Positions 34,665-49,400 of a DNA stretch of 64,000 bases are shown in pieces. Within the stretch, counting starts at the first letter, position 1. The number at the start of each line of letters is the position of its first letter. The notes under the pieces are model-generated. The model made no database searches and had not been told where the DNA came from. It worked only from the letters and a program-made list of their open reading frames with translations. This DNA comes from Lytechinus pictus (taxonomy: Eukaryota), in the NCBI RefSeq assembly GCF_037042905.1, contig NC_087251.1, positions 682,001 to 746,000 on the forward strand, read 5' to 3'. The translations under genes were made by a program, and so were the position numbers.

Positions 34665-36340
34665 GAGAGAATTATTGAAAAAGCAAAAAAGGGAAAGGGG
34701 AAAAAGTGTCTAAAAATGGAGACATACAAATGCACTCACACATCAGTAAGTATTAGAAGATGATTGAAAATGAAGAGTGGTTAAATAATTAAGGGAGTGA
34801 CTATGAAAAAGTAATCACAATTTTAAAGGAATTTACACATATAAAAAATAATAATAAAGGAGCAAACAATAAAATAAAAAATTGAATTTCTGAACTATAA
34901 AACAGCAGCAGATAGTACAAGGCTACAAGCACCTACATGCAGTGAAAATCACTAGTTATAAATAAATAAGAGAAAGAAAGGAAGTTAACAGAGTCCTGAA
35001 TTTTTTTTTATTTAGTATTCTGAAACTTTCACAACCAAATCTAGAAAACGCAGAAGAAAAATACACTCATTTTATGATAAATAAATAACTTTGGTTGAAG
35101 GATTTTGGACATTAATTAACAAATATCTTTACAGTATCATTTTAAGCTTAGAATAATTCAATAAAGAATGAGTTGTGGCTTTTGAAAAGGTTTTCATTGT
35201 AGTAAGAAAACCACCGGCAAATAACAAATTACATAAAGCTATATATACAACACTTAATTATTTAAATAATAAAATAGCTCATTTTTTAAATAATATATGG
35301 AGTTACATAATTATGAGCAATAGATATCAAGTGTCTGCAAGTGTGTATATACATTAAATGTAATGAGAAGCAATGGAAACTGGAAATAAAAGAAATTAAT
35401 TTGATACCTAATATCAATGAGGGTGGGAAATAAATCAAGAATGAATGGATCTTTAATACAGAATAATATATGTACAACCAGTGTACAATAAATGTAAAAT
35501 CAAAATTATAATTATAAGTACACTATTGTACAAAGAAAAGAGTCAACATAGACAAATAAAATAATAAAAGAAGAAATTCATTGAGTTGAGTTCAATGCAT
35601 TGAAACAAATTTGGCATAATATATTTCCACCTTCGCATAAGTGCAGAATCAATTTTACTATAAAGCAACATATTTTTGTGTGCACAGATCAAAATCAACC
35701 TAAAACAATAGATGCTACTGCAAACATTTCCATGCTGATTCAATATTTGAGCATTATGAGCAATTCTGCATTGATGTAATGACATAAAATCTGACTGCAG
35801 TGAACTCACTGAGAAATTATTCATTCATGTAGGGTTTGATATCTTGCCCCTTTGAGACTAGTAATATGCTCCAGTCATTTTCTAAAAGTTTTTTTTACCA
35901 GAGTAAGTCTATAAAAAAAAAAAATTACAGGAACAATTTTAAAAATGAATTTTTCTAAAAATTGTGATTGTCAAGAGAATATATGAGAAATAAGATTGCA
36001 AGGTTCATCAGATATCAGAAAGTAGATCAGAATTTTATTCTAAAACAAGGAATAGAAAATATATTAGGATTTACATGTATTGTAGTCTAGATGTATCATA
36101 CAAGCATGGATTGGAAATGAACTCATCAAACTGAAATACAAGTAGATCATTTGTTTGAGAGGCGACTACATCACAACTGGTATACAACATACAATGTATT
36201 CTCCAATTACGCTGGCTCTAACAATTAACTACATGATACCAGTATGGGACTTGTTCATTGCAATAAATTAACAATAGAATGTTTAACAGTCTCTTCTTTT
36301 GCACTAGTATGGGGAGTGAGCTTATTTGGTATTACAACAC

Positions 36341-36444
36341 TCATCGGAGGGGACCTTAAGCCGTCGGTCCTCTGGTTGCTTGCTTACAAGCATTCATGCT
36401 TTCTTAGCAATCAGGTAAAAAATCACCACCAATCAATCAATCAA
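36341..36444 (+). mobile_element. SINE/LINE 3' fragment
   Basis: GGAGGGGACCTTAAGCCGTCGGTCC core and a (CAAT)n tail. Confidence 0.45.
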
Positions 36445-39400
36445 ATGTTGGATTTAAGGAGGAAATAATCAAACAATATTAATGTATGATAGTAATGATA
36501 CTAGTAGTAGAGGAAGTAAAGCAAATATTGCATGTAGAGTTACTGTCTATGACCATTTCTGTCATTTTGAGACTTTTCACACTCAAGGTGGAATGCAATT
36601 CTTATTCAAGCATTGATTTATACTTTTTGTAAATACTCTTGCATATTTTTTATATCACAAACAAGGAAATTTTGGGTGATTTTTCAAGACTACAATAATT
36701 ACCATATATTCTAGGAACATATATTATCAAAGTTCAATTTCTTAGCAGAAATACACATTAATGACATCATAGGTGGGTTAAATTGAGTATACAAATATGT
36801 TTAGGGAATACAATGAGAATGAATAAACATTACCCTGTTATAAACTCTTCACTCTCCTGTCTCAATAGTATATTATGGTACCAATTATTTCAAGATCAAG
36901 ATTTAAAAAAAGGAATACTAATTAGGAGATAAAACCTTGTTTCTCTGAAACTGAATAGTTTAGGTAAACCAACAGAATCACCTGGAAAAAACAGCAATGT
37001 GATTAATCACTAAGTTTTATGTTATAAAATCGACAACCTATATGGTTTTAAACTTAAATTGACAGAATAGTGACTATATCCTGCAGCTTGAAAAGCAATA
37101 TCCTGACAGACCAATGTATGTTCATCAAAATTGAGTTACAAGGTTTTACCATATCACTAGCAATTGTATCTCAATATCAAGTGAAAATAGGACATTTCAA
37201 CGAAAGCAACTTTTTGGCAATATGATCCTTGCCTGGATACACTTTTAAAAAGATAACATTAATCATACTACAATATAGACAAATAAAAAAGGCACAAAGT
37301 GCAAAAGTTCAACACACAAGTTAAAAAAAAACATAGAAAGCAAACAAATAATTCATCACATTATTATTTTCTGCTCCAGTCCTTTGCATCAATGCTTAAT
37401 AGGCAGCCTTGCCACAAGTAATATATATATTTTATTATATCTATGTATATATATGTACAACATCCCTTTACAAAAGGGTCTCAAGAGTCAAAAAATGCAA
37501 AATTCTTTGTTAATGCTAACTGGCAACAACAATAATTTAACAGAAAACAAGCAAACAAAATCTTGAGTTAAAATAATATCCAGTGTATTTAATATTTCAT
37601 CTCCCTTTTTCAGAATTTCAATAGAGATGGAAATAATGCTTTGGAATAAGTCTTGAGTTGTTAGTATGAGCTTGAGCTTTTGTGATAAAGAATGAATGGA
37701 ATTTAATTAAGTCCACTACTGGGTCCCATATCACATAGATTTGCAACAATTGTAACTATCAAACGATCAAACAATGATCTGGATTAGACAACACCAATTG
37801 ATCGCAAACCTTTTGAGACTAGGTCTACACATCATTATCTTCCAAAATAGTTGTTAGCACTGGGATGTTATTTAGAAAATAGTTTTTGTCATCTGGCTGG
37901 CAGAAGGGTGTTAGAATTGACATGAATCCCCATTCCTGTTTGTCAGGCAGAAAGACAAACCACACCATACAGTAGCGTGTGCTTTATACCAGCAACAAAG
38001 AAAATCACTGGTTATGTACAACCTGCTGCCGTTCAGCCAGCCAGGCTGCTCATATACACCCACCACCCTTGGGCCAGCCACCCTTGTCATACACAACATA
38101 CGGCCCTTCAGCCAACCAAGCGACCATTTGTTTTTGTCCAGTCAATGTAAATTAGTAATTTTACTTGCAAATAAAATCAATACTTGTAAAGATTAATGTT
38201 ACATATCCAAAGCTCATGAATTTAGTCAAGAGCTTATAGTTAGTACTTTTATAACTCAACATAATGAATTATTTCATAGTCTAGTGATTAATAATAAATG
38301 TCAGTCTTTTGGTAGATATGAGTAACATTGTTAATCAAGAGAATATTACCTGGAATAAATTCCTGGTTAGAGTTAGCGAAGAGGAACACTTGTTGTCTGT
38401 ATGTTATAAACCTATCATGACCCATATACACACATAATAGTACTTTTCAAAAATCAATATCTTCCTTTACCAGCCCTATCTTCTGGGGACCTTAATTACA
38501 TACATGAGATAAAGTCATATAAAATATGTATAAGATGAGGGCGACGTTGCTTCTAACGCCATATAAAAGAATACGTTCCCTATTTCATATTCAAGTGACC
38601 AACATCATCATTGCTCGAGAAGTTTCATGATCACAACGGATCAATGTATACTATACAACTTCCATTTTTTGTAAATCTGACTCAGTTTTCAATAGGATAT
38701 ACACATTAACACTCAGTCACTAAGAGTAAATGCATTGATTGTCAAAGGAACATTTCACAACTGGGCTCCATACACATGTATGTATCTTCCTTCAAAAAAA
38801 TAGATTTGGAATATACATGACACACAGATTTTATGGCAGTGAATGTATAACAATCTACACAAAGTAATGTTCTTTCTTTTGATTAGTAGTGTATCTCTAC
38901 ATATGTTTCATGATGTAAAACTGTTGAGTTATTTAGCAAGTTAATATAAAGAAGAGAGATAAAGAGCAAAGTAAGGATGAAGGGAGAATAAGAAAATCAC
39001 AGTGTTTCAGACAAATCCAACATTGACATGAATACGTTTTTCAAATGTGACAACTGATGATTAACAAATGTTCATGTTTTCGACATATATAATGAACATT
39101 ATAATGTAAAGGTACATCATACATACAATGTCAAGCACCACAGATGTTTCTGCTTCAAATTTATAATGATTTTTCACTTTGAGATGATCATTATTTCCTT
39201 CACTGATTAAACTATAATATCCTATCACAAGTTTGGCACTATAAGTGAGTTTCACTAACTGTACATAAACAAAGGTGATCCTTTGAACCGTGTACTATGC
39301 ATTTCCTCTCCAAACACTATAGAGGATATCCATATAGTGGAATCACACAGAGCTGTATATTCAAAGATTGGTGTCATTAAAAATGAATCTAATTATTCAA

Positions 39401-39998
39401 TAATTTCACAGAACTTCAATAGTTCTCTCCAAGAATTTCAAGTGCATGTAAAGCTATTCAGATTCGCATGTATGCTCTCTGAAGTCTTTAATGGCACATA
39501 CAATATGTATGGCCTCACTGTAAATATAAATACCCGGTACACTCTGGATTTACCCTTCAGTTATACATTATGGGACAAAGGTATACTATGTATTCACTCT
39601 GGCCATCAGATAGCATTGCAACTTTGACAGATTAGGGCAGTCATTCATGAACATTATGAAGTATTGAATAGCTAATCCAAAGTTGAATTAATAGAGATAT
39701 CAGTTATATTGGCTAGTAGTTTATCCAAACTAGAGGCTATTATGACTTACAAGCATAGCGATCATGTGAATCCAGTTCCTGCAGACCTCTTTCTCTGAAT
39801 AAGTTGACAAAACAAAGGGGCCAAGGTCTTCCTTCATAGAGATGCATTTATTACCACAGTTTTCCTAACAATGAGACTTAAAATCTTGGCAAATGAAGAA
39901 AAGGTTACTGACATTGTAGAATATCTCTGTGGTATTTCTCATAAGGTCTTTCAGACAAGCTAATGAGAAAATAAAGAGTCTGTGATGATACATCTAGC

Positions 39999-40411
39999 TC
40001 ACACGGGTTGAATGCTTTTTCCAACGGCAAATAAATCACTGTACCTCTTCATATCCTTCCCATCTAACACCACACTATTAACACCTGACTTTGCTGGTAA
40101 ATTGTCTTTAAACATGGCAGAATCTCGAATTGAGTCTCTATTGTTGCTATTTTTCACATCTGTGTTTTTTGTCTTAACAGCCGTAGTAGTGATGGCTGGG
40201 GGTGGCTGACCCTTACCCCCGATGGGTTTGACATTGACGTGATAGAGCAAGCGGTGGCGCCGCTTTGTGACGAAAAGAAGAAGTAGAAGGACTATACAGA
40301 TTGCAAGGAGGATAACGAGAATTGACATAACGACTGGGTAGACCGGGAAAGGATGATGTTTAGCAGCAATAGGTGTCTGATTATCACCAGACTGTTCCGC
40401 AATGTTGGAAT
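39999..40411 (-). CDS. CRIM1: CRIM1 last coding exon: TM helix (VVMSILVILLAICIVLLLLLFV), basic stop-transfer segment, cytoplasmic tail ending SIQPV*
   Basis: caacag acceptor, TGA stop; lies within ORF 39999..40454. Confidence 0.9.
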
Positions 40412-43400
40412 CTGTTGGTTTAATAGAGAGAAAGAGAACACAGAAAGAATACACAGATATTAATTACCTAGGGTTTTTCATGGACAAAGTTATATTTTTC
40501 CCCACGGGATAATCTTTTGCCTGAAGCGCGCAGTGCTGAGGGAAAATATTCTCGCGAGAGAAAAATATACCTTCGGAGGGGAATTGAAATGTTATCTATT
40601 AAACAGACCAGGTAATATCTCTTATATTATATATAAGAACCATATTGCCTTCGTCTAAAGACTCGGGCCAATATGATTTTGTTGCGGACAATACATTTGA
40701 TGTTCCTCTCAAGGCCAGTCAATATGATATAAATATATAATGTCTATGCACACCCTGTTACCACGGCTTTACACAGATATTAACTAAAATATGGATATTC
40801 ATAAACTGCATTGTTGGGTATCTTGACATGTAAAATTTTTAGTTTCAATTGTGCTTTAATGAATAATGTAAGAAAGCTAACATTTTAACATTTAATGATA
40901 TAAAATATAAAATAATGCTTTCATTGACCATTAGCAGGTATAAAGAAAGCTAACCAAAGTTATCGACCAATCAAAATACTATTAATAATTGTAGATCCAC
41001 ATGAATGTGTTTTATAATCTAGCTGTCGTAACAGACTATTAAAAAAAAAATAGTATACATAGAATTTCATGTTAGCACGACTGTATACATTGCACAGATT
41101 TCCTGTGTGAAAAAAAAAATACTAATGATTATCCAAATTACCTTTATCATGATAAGGTTTTTTCGTCTTTGGTTTTTCAGGGCTTGGAACTGGCTCAGTT
41201 GCATCAAAATCTAGCAAAGACGGGGACAGAATGGCAACAAGCAAAAATTATTGGTAAAGGTATTGGTTCTGCAACATTAGTTGGCTACAGAACAGAGGTT
41301 TTAACCCATTATACTTTGAGCAACTATTAGATAAAAAACTTTCTAATAAGAACCTGTACTGTAGACAAAATATTATCAACAAATTTGTTATTCTCTTATT
41401 TATATAAAAGTTGTTCCTTTAAAATGAGAACTTTTCAAATGTATAACAAGTGGTGTGAATATTAATTAATTGCTCACCTTTTTCATCAGTGTGTGAAATC
41501 TTTGTAGGCCATTTGGTTTCAGGTTCAAATATGTCTTTATCTACAAATTCAACCAAATGATATTTCATTTGAAACAATTAACATTAATTACAAAATACAT
41601 CACAGTAATGATTCAATTGACATAATAGGCTGGACGAAATGCTAGGTTCAGGTTGGTATAAGGGTGAAAACTCCATTAATATAGCAAAACATGCATTTTT
41701 ATCTAAACTATCTATAACAGTATACAATCTAAAATTCAAAATCAAACTGTTTTGGGGAATATATGAAAATCTAAGGTAGTTTTTCACTTTATTACATATT
41801 TTTCTTTCCTTTTATTTTTGTAATCATGTCTGATTAATTAGATATCTAAAGAAGAAAAAGATGAGATAAAGAATGAATGGATTATGAAAATCTTGGAAAA
41901 TTCTAAAAGTATAGTGAATTCTTGTAAATTAAAATTTGCAAAGAAATCTTTTAAACAACAAATAAAATTTAATGTCAAATTTTTGCAATTTTTCAATTTT
42001 CTGAGTCAAGATTTTGACATCATTTTTTTCTGAGACAGAACATTTTACTAAAAGAACATTTTTACTACAATAAATATTTTAGTTGCATATTTGAATAATA
42101 CTAATAGATCACATTAGCCCTGAAAAATATTCTTGCACTGATAACGTTAACTTTAATAAACAAGATACTTTACAAATATTTATGGATAACATAGACATCT
42201 TGGCTGGTGACAGAAAACCAATTAAAAACAAAGAAAATGAACAGTCATCTTTATCACATATCTCTTAATATAAACACAGGTGTTTTGAGATAGGGAAAGA
42301 ATTTCAGTAAGCTATGATAACAAACCAGGGTCACATCTTATGTAAAGTTTAAATCAATATCAGCTATGGAAGGCCAGTAATGCCAGAATTCATCGCTAAG
42401 TCATCACTATACTCGTGCACTGCATGCATCAGCAATTTGAGCAATTAAAAAATCATTTTTCATTTACAAAATGACAGAGCAGTCTGATTTAACCATGCTG
42501 GCATACTATAGTGGAGAATTTGCGGCATGAGTTTCAATCAGTATAACTGTATTTAGTCATGCACACATTGATATTTTTTTGCATAGAAGAATATTCCACA
42601 AATTGAAGTCAATGCATTCTTGAAAATGGGTGTGCTAAAACTGTTTTTTGTTATAGAAGTCTTAAACTTTGTTTGCACATTGGAGACATACATGCAATCA
42701 AGAGGATTCACCCTTTGACCTTTCTGGCATGCGGTATTCACTTGAAGTATTTGTTTGAAGAATTTAGAAATGTAAATACTTGTAAAATAATTTAGTGGCT
42801 CTTTGAAATTGAATTAAGTATCAAACTATGAGACTTAGTGTCTGTGTTGGTTTAGGAGACCACATAAACCTCAGAGCCAGCAATTTATGATAAAATGCAA
42901 GTTTTGAGAATTTACACAAATTGTTAAAATGACTACCACCTTGAAAAAAAAGGTAATAATCATTCAACTTGTACAGTGGACGTATCCACTCTGGAGAGTG
43001 CTCCAGGCACTAGGTTTTGGGGGGTGGGGATTTGTATCCACTCTGGAGAGTGCTCAAGGCACTAGGTTTTGGGGGGTGGGGATTGGTATCCACTCTGGAG
43101 AGTGCTCAAGGCACTAGGTTTTGGGGGGTGGGGATTGGTATCCACTCTGAAGAGTGCTCAAGGCACTAGGTTGTTGGGGTGGGGATTGGTATCCACTCTG
43201 AAGAGTGCTCAAGGGACTAGGTTGTTGGGGGTGGGGATTTGCATCCACTCTGAAGAGTGCTCAAGGGACTAGGTTGTTGGGGTGGGGATTGGTATCCACT
43301 CTGAAGAGTGCTCAAGGGACTAGGTTGTTGGGGGTGGGGATTGGTATCCACTCTGAAGAGTGCTCAAGGGACTAGGTTGTTGGGGTGGGGATTTGTATCC

Positions 43401-46400
43401 ACTCTGAAGAGTGCTCAAGGGACTAGGTTGTTGGGGTGGGGATTGGTATCCACTCTGAAGAGTGCTCAAGGGACTAGGTTGTTGGGGTGGGGATTGGTAT
43501 CCACTCTGAAGAGTGCTCAAGGGACTAGGTTGTTGGGGTGGGGATTGGTATCCACTCTGAAGAGTGCTCAAGGGACTAGGTTGTTGGGGGTGGGGATTGG
43601 TATCTACTCTGAAGAGTGCTCAAGGGACTAGGTTGTTGGGGGTGGGGATTTGTATCCACTCTGAAGAGTGCTCAAGGGACTAGGTTGTTGGGGTGGGGAT
43701 TGGTATCCACTCTGAAGAGTGCTCAAGGGACTAGGTTGTTGGGGTGGGGATTGGTATCCACTCTGAAGAGTGCTCAAGGGACTAGGTTGTTGGGGGTGGG
43801 GATTGGTATCCACTCTGGAGAGTGCTCAAGGGACTAGGTTGTTGGGGGTGGGGATTTGCATCCACTCTGAAGAGTGCTCAAGGGACTAGGTTGTTGGGGG
43901 GTGGGGATTGGTATCCAATCTGGAGAGTGCTCAAGGCACTAGGTTTTGGGGGGTGGGGATTGGTATCCACTCTGAAGAGTGCTCAAGGCACTAGGTTGTT
44001 GGGGTGGGGATTGGTATCCACTCTGAAGAGTGCTCAAGGGACTAGGTTGTTGGGGGTGGGGATTGGTATCCACTCTGAAGAGTGCTCAAGGGACTAGGTT
44101 GTTGGGGGGTGGGGATTGGTATCCACTCTGAAGAGTGCTCAAGGGACTAGGTTGTTGGGGTGGGGATTGGTATCCACTCTGAAGAGTGCTCAAGGGACTA
44201 GGTTGTTGGGGGGTGGGGACTGGTATCCACTCTGAAGAGTGCTCAAGGGACTAGGTTGTTGGGGGTGGGGATTTGTATCCACTCTGAAGAGTGCTCAAGG
44301 GACTAGGTTGTTGGGGTGGGGATTGGTATCCACTTTGAAGAGTGCTCAAGGGACTAGGTTGTTGGGGGTGGGGATTGGTATGTATGTTTGTTTTTTCAAA
44401 ATCTTTATTTTAGTTCTGAATGTTTTGCTGTAATTTGTCAAGTTAAGGTACTCTGGATTTTTTGTTAAAAGTTTGTCTTGTAACTTTGACTAAACCTTAA
44501 TTATCAAATAAGAAAATAATCTTGTTTATTTGAAATTAGTAATATAATGAGAATGTTACAATCAAATACAAATTTGTAACAAACAATCTAGCAGGCTAAA
44601 ATGAGCTTAAATTTTTCATATGAGAAAATACTGCATGAAACATTTTGGGGTCCTCAAATTGAGTCATATAAAGCCTTGCATTCTGATCACAATTGATTAA
44701 TGGTCAGCTTGTTACAACAAAACAAAAGAATTCATTTCCTATAGCTAAATTGATCTATTAATTGCAAAATTGAATAATTAGATACAATCAGTAGCGTATG
44801 CATGTCAGTTTCTTGTAACATCTACAAATTTGCTTAATTTTCTGTCTTTTTTTTACACTAAACCCAGTATTATAGAAGGATTCTTCTTAAATCGCCTAAT
44901 TGCCTTGCTTATCATCTAATAACTAAACATACTACTACATTCCAGAGAAAAGGACTTATCACACCTGCAAATAAATTTCAAGCAAACATTGTGGAAGCCA
45001 AAATAAATTTCAAGCAATTACTAACATTGTGGAAGCCAAAATTAATCAATTTTAAATTGAATGACAATTAAACAATTTGAAAAGAATAAATACAATACAT
45101 TATATTTCATGTACAGAAATTTTCAAATTGTGGTATGCACAGACTTCATTGCACATTCTTTAAAAATATTTTCATGACTTGTGATATCTTGTTTTCTATG
45201 TCTTTTGTTTTCATAGGACAAAACAATATAAATATTTATGCATTATTTAAATAAGAATAAAGATGAAGATGTTGATGATGATGATGACGATGACGACGAC
45301 GATGATGATGATGATGATGATGATGATGGTGATGATGGAGACAAAGACTATGATAAATTTTAGTGAAACCTGTATCTAAATCAATGATGAAGGATGCAGA
45401 ATTACATTGTCCTTTATTGGCAATGGGTCCTAACAAGCATTTGGTGTGTTACATGAAAACCGATTCTCTTGATAGACTATTCAGTCAGAGGGTTTATTGA
45501 TTGACATGAAAACGCCATCACTATTCAATACAACAGGCTGATAACAAATTTCAATAATTCTTTAAAACTGCAATACAAATGAAATTTACCTTGACAAACT
45601 GGACAACATGTCCCTGCTACATAAACCAGATTTTCACACTTCATAACAGGACAGTGTGATATTGTACATGATACTCTGCTACCCTCACAGACACAGCTGG
45701 TACAGTTATCAACTCTCCAAGTTTCTCCACTAACATAGATGTCACCTCCTGACTTGCATACAAGCCTTGTATCAGGATCTAATTAGTATGAGAAATATTT
45801 CAATTCAATTGAATTACTGAAAAGTTTAGAACAATGGTGCTCAGGGTTGTGGCAAAAAATTGAATCACTTTATTTACAGGTTAATTAAGGTTACATTAGT
45901 AACAGAGTGACCAAGTATGAACTAGATTGATGATAGATCACTGTACTGATATCACAATGGAAAAGACATACAGTTAAAATGCACTCAATTTAACCCATAC
46001 CATTTATTATAGATCTAATGTTTAAAAAGCTTGTACATAAAACCTTTTAATTGTTTACAAATAAAAGATGGAAGAATTGTCTTTTTTTTTATTTACAGAT
46101 GATTCTATACCATGATAATTTATGCATAATGTTCCAATGAACACACTTAATTTTTTTTTTTATCTCTTTAGATCATTGCACCATAATAAAAACATCATGA
46201 CCTACACAAATTGAAGATTATTCTCTTGAATTTTGTATACAATATAGTATATTTGTGTTTAAAGAAATAGGATAGAATTGGGTAAATTCGAAAGGCTGTG
46301 AATGATTCTGGTTTAAATTGTAACAACAGTTATCCATATTTTGGATTACTTATTAAAGCAAAGTTTGTATATCCTGCTGAATAAATGAATGTTGTCTCTG

Positions 46401-49400
46401 ACTCACCAATACATGCTGGACAGCATTGTCCTTTCTTAAGAAGTGGTTTATCACAATCAACTGGTGGACAGGTCTGTGAGAAGCACATAATCTCACCATC
46501 AATACATTGACAACTAGTACAGCTATCTTCCTTCCAAGTAGCACCATGTTGAAAGGTTACTCCATCAGGTAACATACAGGTATCTTCTAACGTAGGCTCA
46601 CCAATAGCAACCTCAGGAAGCACTGAACAAAAAATAGACAAATTGTATGTTAAGTCAATAGAGGTATACAGATTTAACAACATTGACATTGCATAAGCAC
46701 TCTGGTTTTCTTTGATGGCAGATGTTTCAAATTCATAGATAACACTAGGTGTTGGTATTGGACAAATTTTAGGCCAGCCAAAGTACAAAATATGTAACGA
46801 GGCTGCTTCTGGGTCTTGAGCTCTCAATAAGATATGTATTATTTTTGTAGACCAATATTCAATGTTGGAGCTAGGTAAGAGAACATAACTCAATGTCTTT
46901 AGACCAACACCACTGCTTAACTTGAAATCTCCCATTCTATCAAGCCTAAAAACATCTTGTAACTAAGGGTACAACTCACAAAGCATCTTTGACATAACAA
47001 AAAATCTAACAATCATTGCATGAGTAGGTTTATACATCAAATGGGTTACATTTGAAATGAATAGAATATGGGAAAGAAAAATACTGACCGTCTTCGCATT
47101 CTGCACAACAGCGAGAATTCTTGAAAACAGGATTGACACATGGCAACGGTGGACATACTTCTGATGAGCATAGCACTTGTCCTGCATGGCACATGCATGA
47201 GGTACACTGACCTAGCATCCAGGTCTCTCCTTCTATGTAGTATTGACCACTGGCTGATTGACAAACCTCAGAGAGAATAGTTGGCTGATGGGTGACATCA
47301 GAGTCTGTTTCAAAAAATAAATAAATTATCATCAAAATGATGTATAGCAAATTACATTCAATCTAAATAAAACATTGATTAACCCTTAACGTGCCATGAA
47401 CACATATCTGTGCATCCACTGGAGTGCCACGAACACATTTTCGTGCAATGGTCATACAGCTATTGTTATGCCTATTGCATTTTGAGGAGTGCATTGTATG
47501 CATGAGTGATTCCATTGTTCAGTTCAGCTTATGGTCAAGAGGTTTAAAATTATTGTCTCAGGAGTGATTCCCTTTTTTTATAAAACAATTAAACATAGAC
47601 TCTTTGAAAAAAAAAATGGCACTCGCTGATAACAGTGAATGGCACATTAAGAGTTAAAAACATATTTAAATTTGTATCCATTCCATAGATAGACAAAGAA
47701 TGCACCATACAAGGAATTGACATACATATTTAAATATTAATTTAAAACATCTTTAATATAAATACATAATAATATTGAAAACAGCATTATGACTAAGAAT
47801 GGCAAAAGACAAGGTAATAAATTTTCATGCAGAATTTTGAATTTTGAATTTTTAGCAAATAAAATTATTTAGGTTTCCAATTTTCTGTTATATATTGAAT
47901 AAGAATTATGGTTAACCAAGTTACCAGAAAAAACAATAACTGAAAGCATTGTGAGCAGTATGTATTGAAATGAAACACAAATCGAATTTTCCGGGAAATT
48001 TCTCATTTTGCTAACATTACAATATTCAAAGTGACATTAAGATGGTCTGTTGAATATTGAAAGAGTAAGCATACCTTGGCATGTTGGACAGCACTGATCA
48101 GGTCTAATAACAGGCTTACTGCAGGCTGGTACCTGACATGTTATTAGACTACACATCTCCTGTCCATTACTGCAGTAACACTGACGACATCCATCATGCC
48201 AACTCTCACCATCATCATATACAACAAGATCTAAAGTTTGACATGAGCCTTCAGATGGAGTAGATGGTTTAGGATCTAACCCACTTGATGCTGAGATAAA
48301 AGACAAAAAACGAACAAAGAAAATATCAGTATCTCACAAAAGCTTACTAAAAACATTTTTTTAATGACAGGATAGGGCAGGATTTAAAAATCACAGTAGA
48401 AATTCGAATAAATTGGTGCAAAACTATAAGGCAAAAGCTAGTTACCAAAGAATTATGATGATGAGATTTTGCAGCTTTCAAAAAAAAAAAAAAAGCTAGT
48501 GTTCTAAAGGGGACATTATCCTCATTACCTGGTGCATCAGATAGTTCTTATTATTGTTGTACCGGGGGTCCGTTGCAAAGAGTTACGTTTACATGCAAGT
48601 AAAAAAATCTATCGCAAGTCCCAAATGCGCGCTAATGATTGGTTGAAAACCCAGTTGTGCATGATTTTTAGAGTTGCGATTGATCGCAACTCTTTCTGCA
48701 ATGGGCCCCTGAGGTAGCATTTACTGAAAACAGGATTTTTTTGTCATTTCAATGAGAAGCACACATATTATATGAAACCTAAGTTTGAATGGGATATCAA
48801 TGAACATGAAATATGGTTTTGTGAAACCACACCCTGGTTAAGCATGCTTCTCAGCAATCAGTTTAAACCAATAATCCAAACCATGGCAAATGATAAGGTC
48901 ATAGTTGATGTCATACAAACATTTACATTTGCCCAACCCCCCCAATATTTCATTACCACTGACATATACAATATTCTAAAAAGATTCACAATAAATGATT
49001 ATTAATGTAGTCTACTTCTTGAATTGTGATCAAATGCACAATATACAGTACCAGACTTCACTTTCTATTCCTGAACAAATAACAGCCGCTGAATGCATTA
49101 CTCTCCAAATCCAACATTATACTAACAGACTGATACAGGAGAAATAGACAATGATGTCAACAAATCAATTGCACATCATTGAATATTGTGGTAAAGAGAT
49201 ATGACTGAAAGAGATTATGTGGTTAAAAGAGATGCAAGTGTTTGTGGTTATTGCGGTTATTGACTGAAAAGCTGATCAGACTAAGCGGTTAAATGCCCTG
49301 TCCTAACAGTATTATGGGTTTTGTCCTGAATCTTATGCCAGAAAAAGAGGGCTATATATAAAAACTGATTCCTAATCAGATGTTATTATCCACTCCACAC

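Noticed and set aside
42929..44433. Repetitive ORFs (STLKSAQGTRLLGWGLV / STLQSGYQSPPQQPSPL) and a CRISPR-like regular look
   Set aside because: A pure tandem minisatellite with frame-breaking G-run variation; no unique spacers, no cas genes, and it lies in a eukaryotic intron
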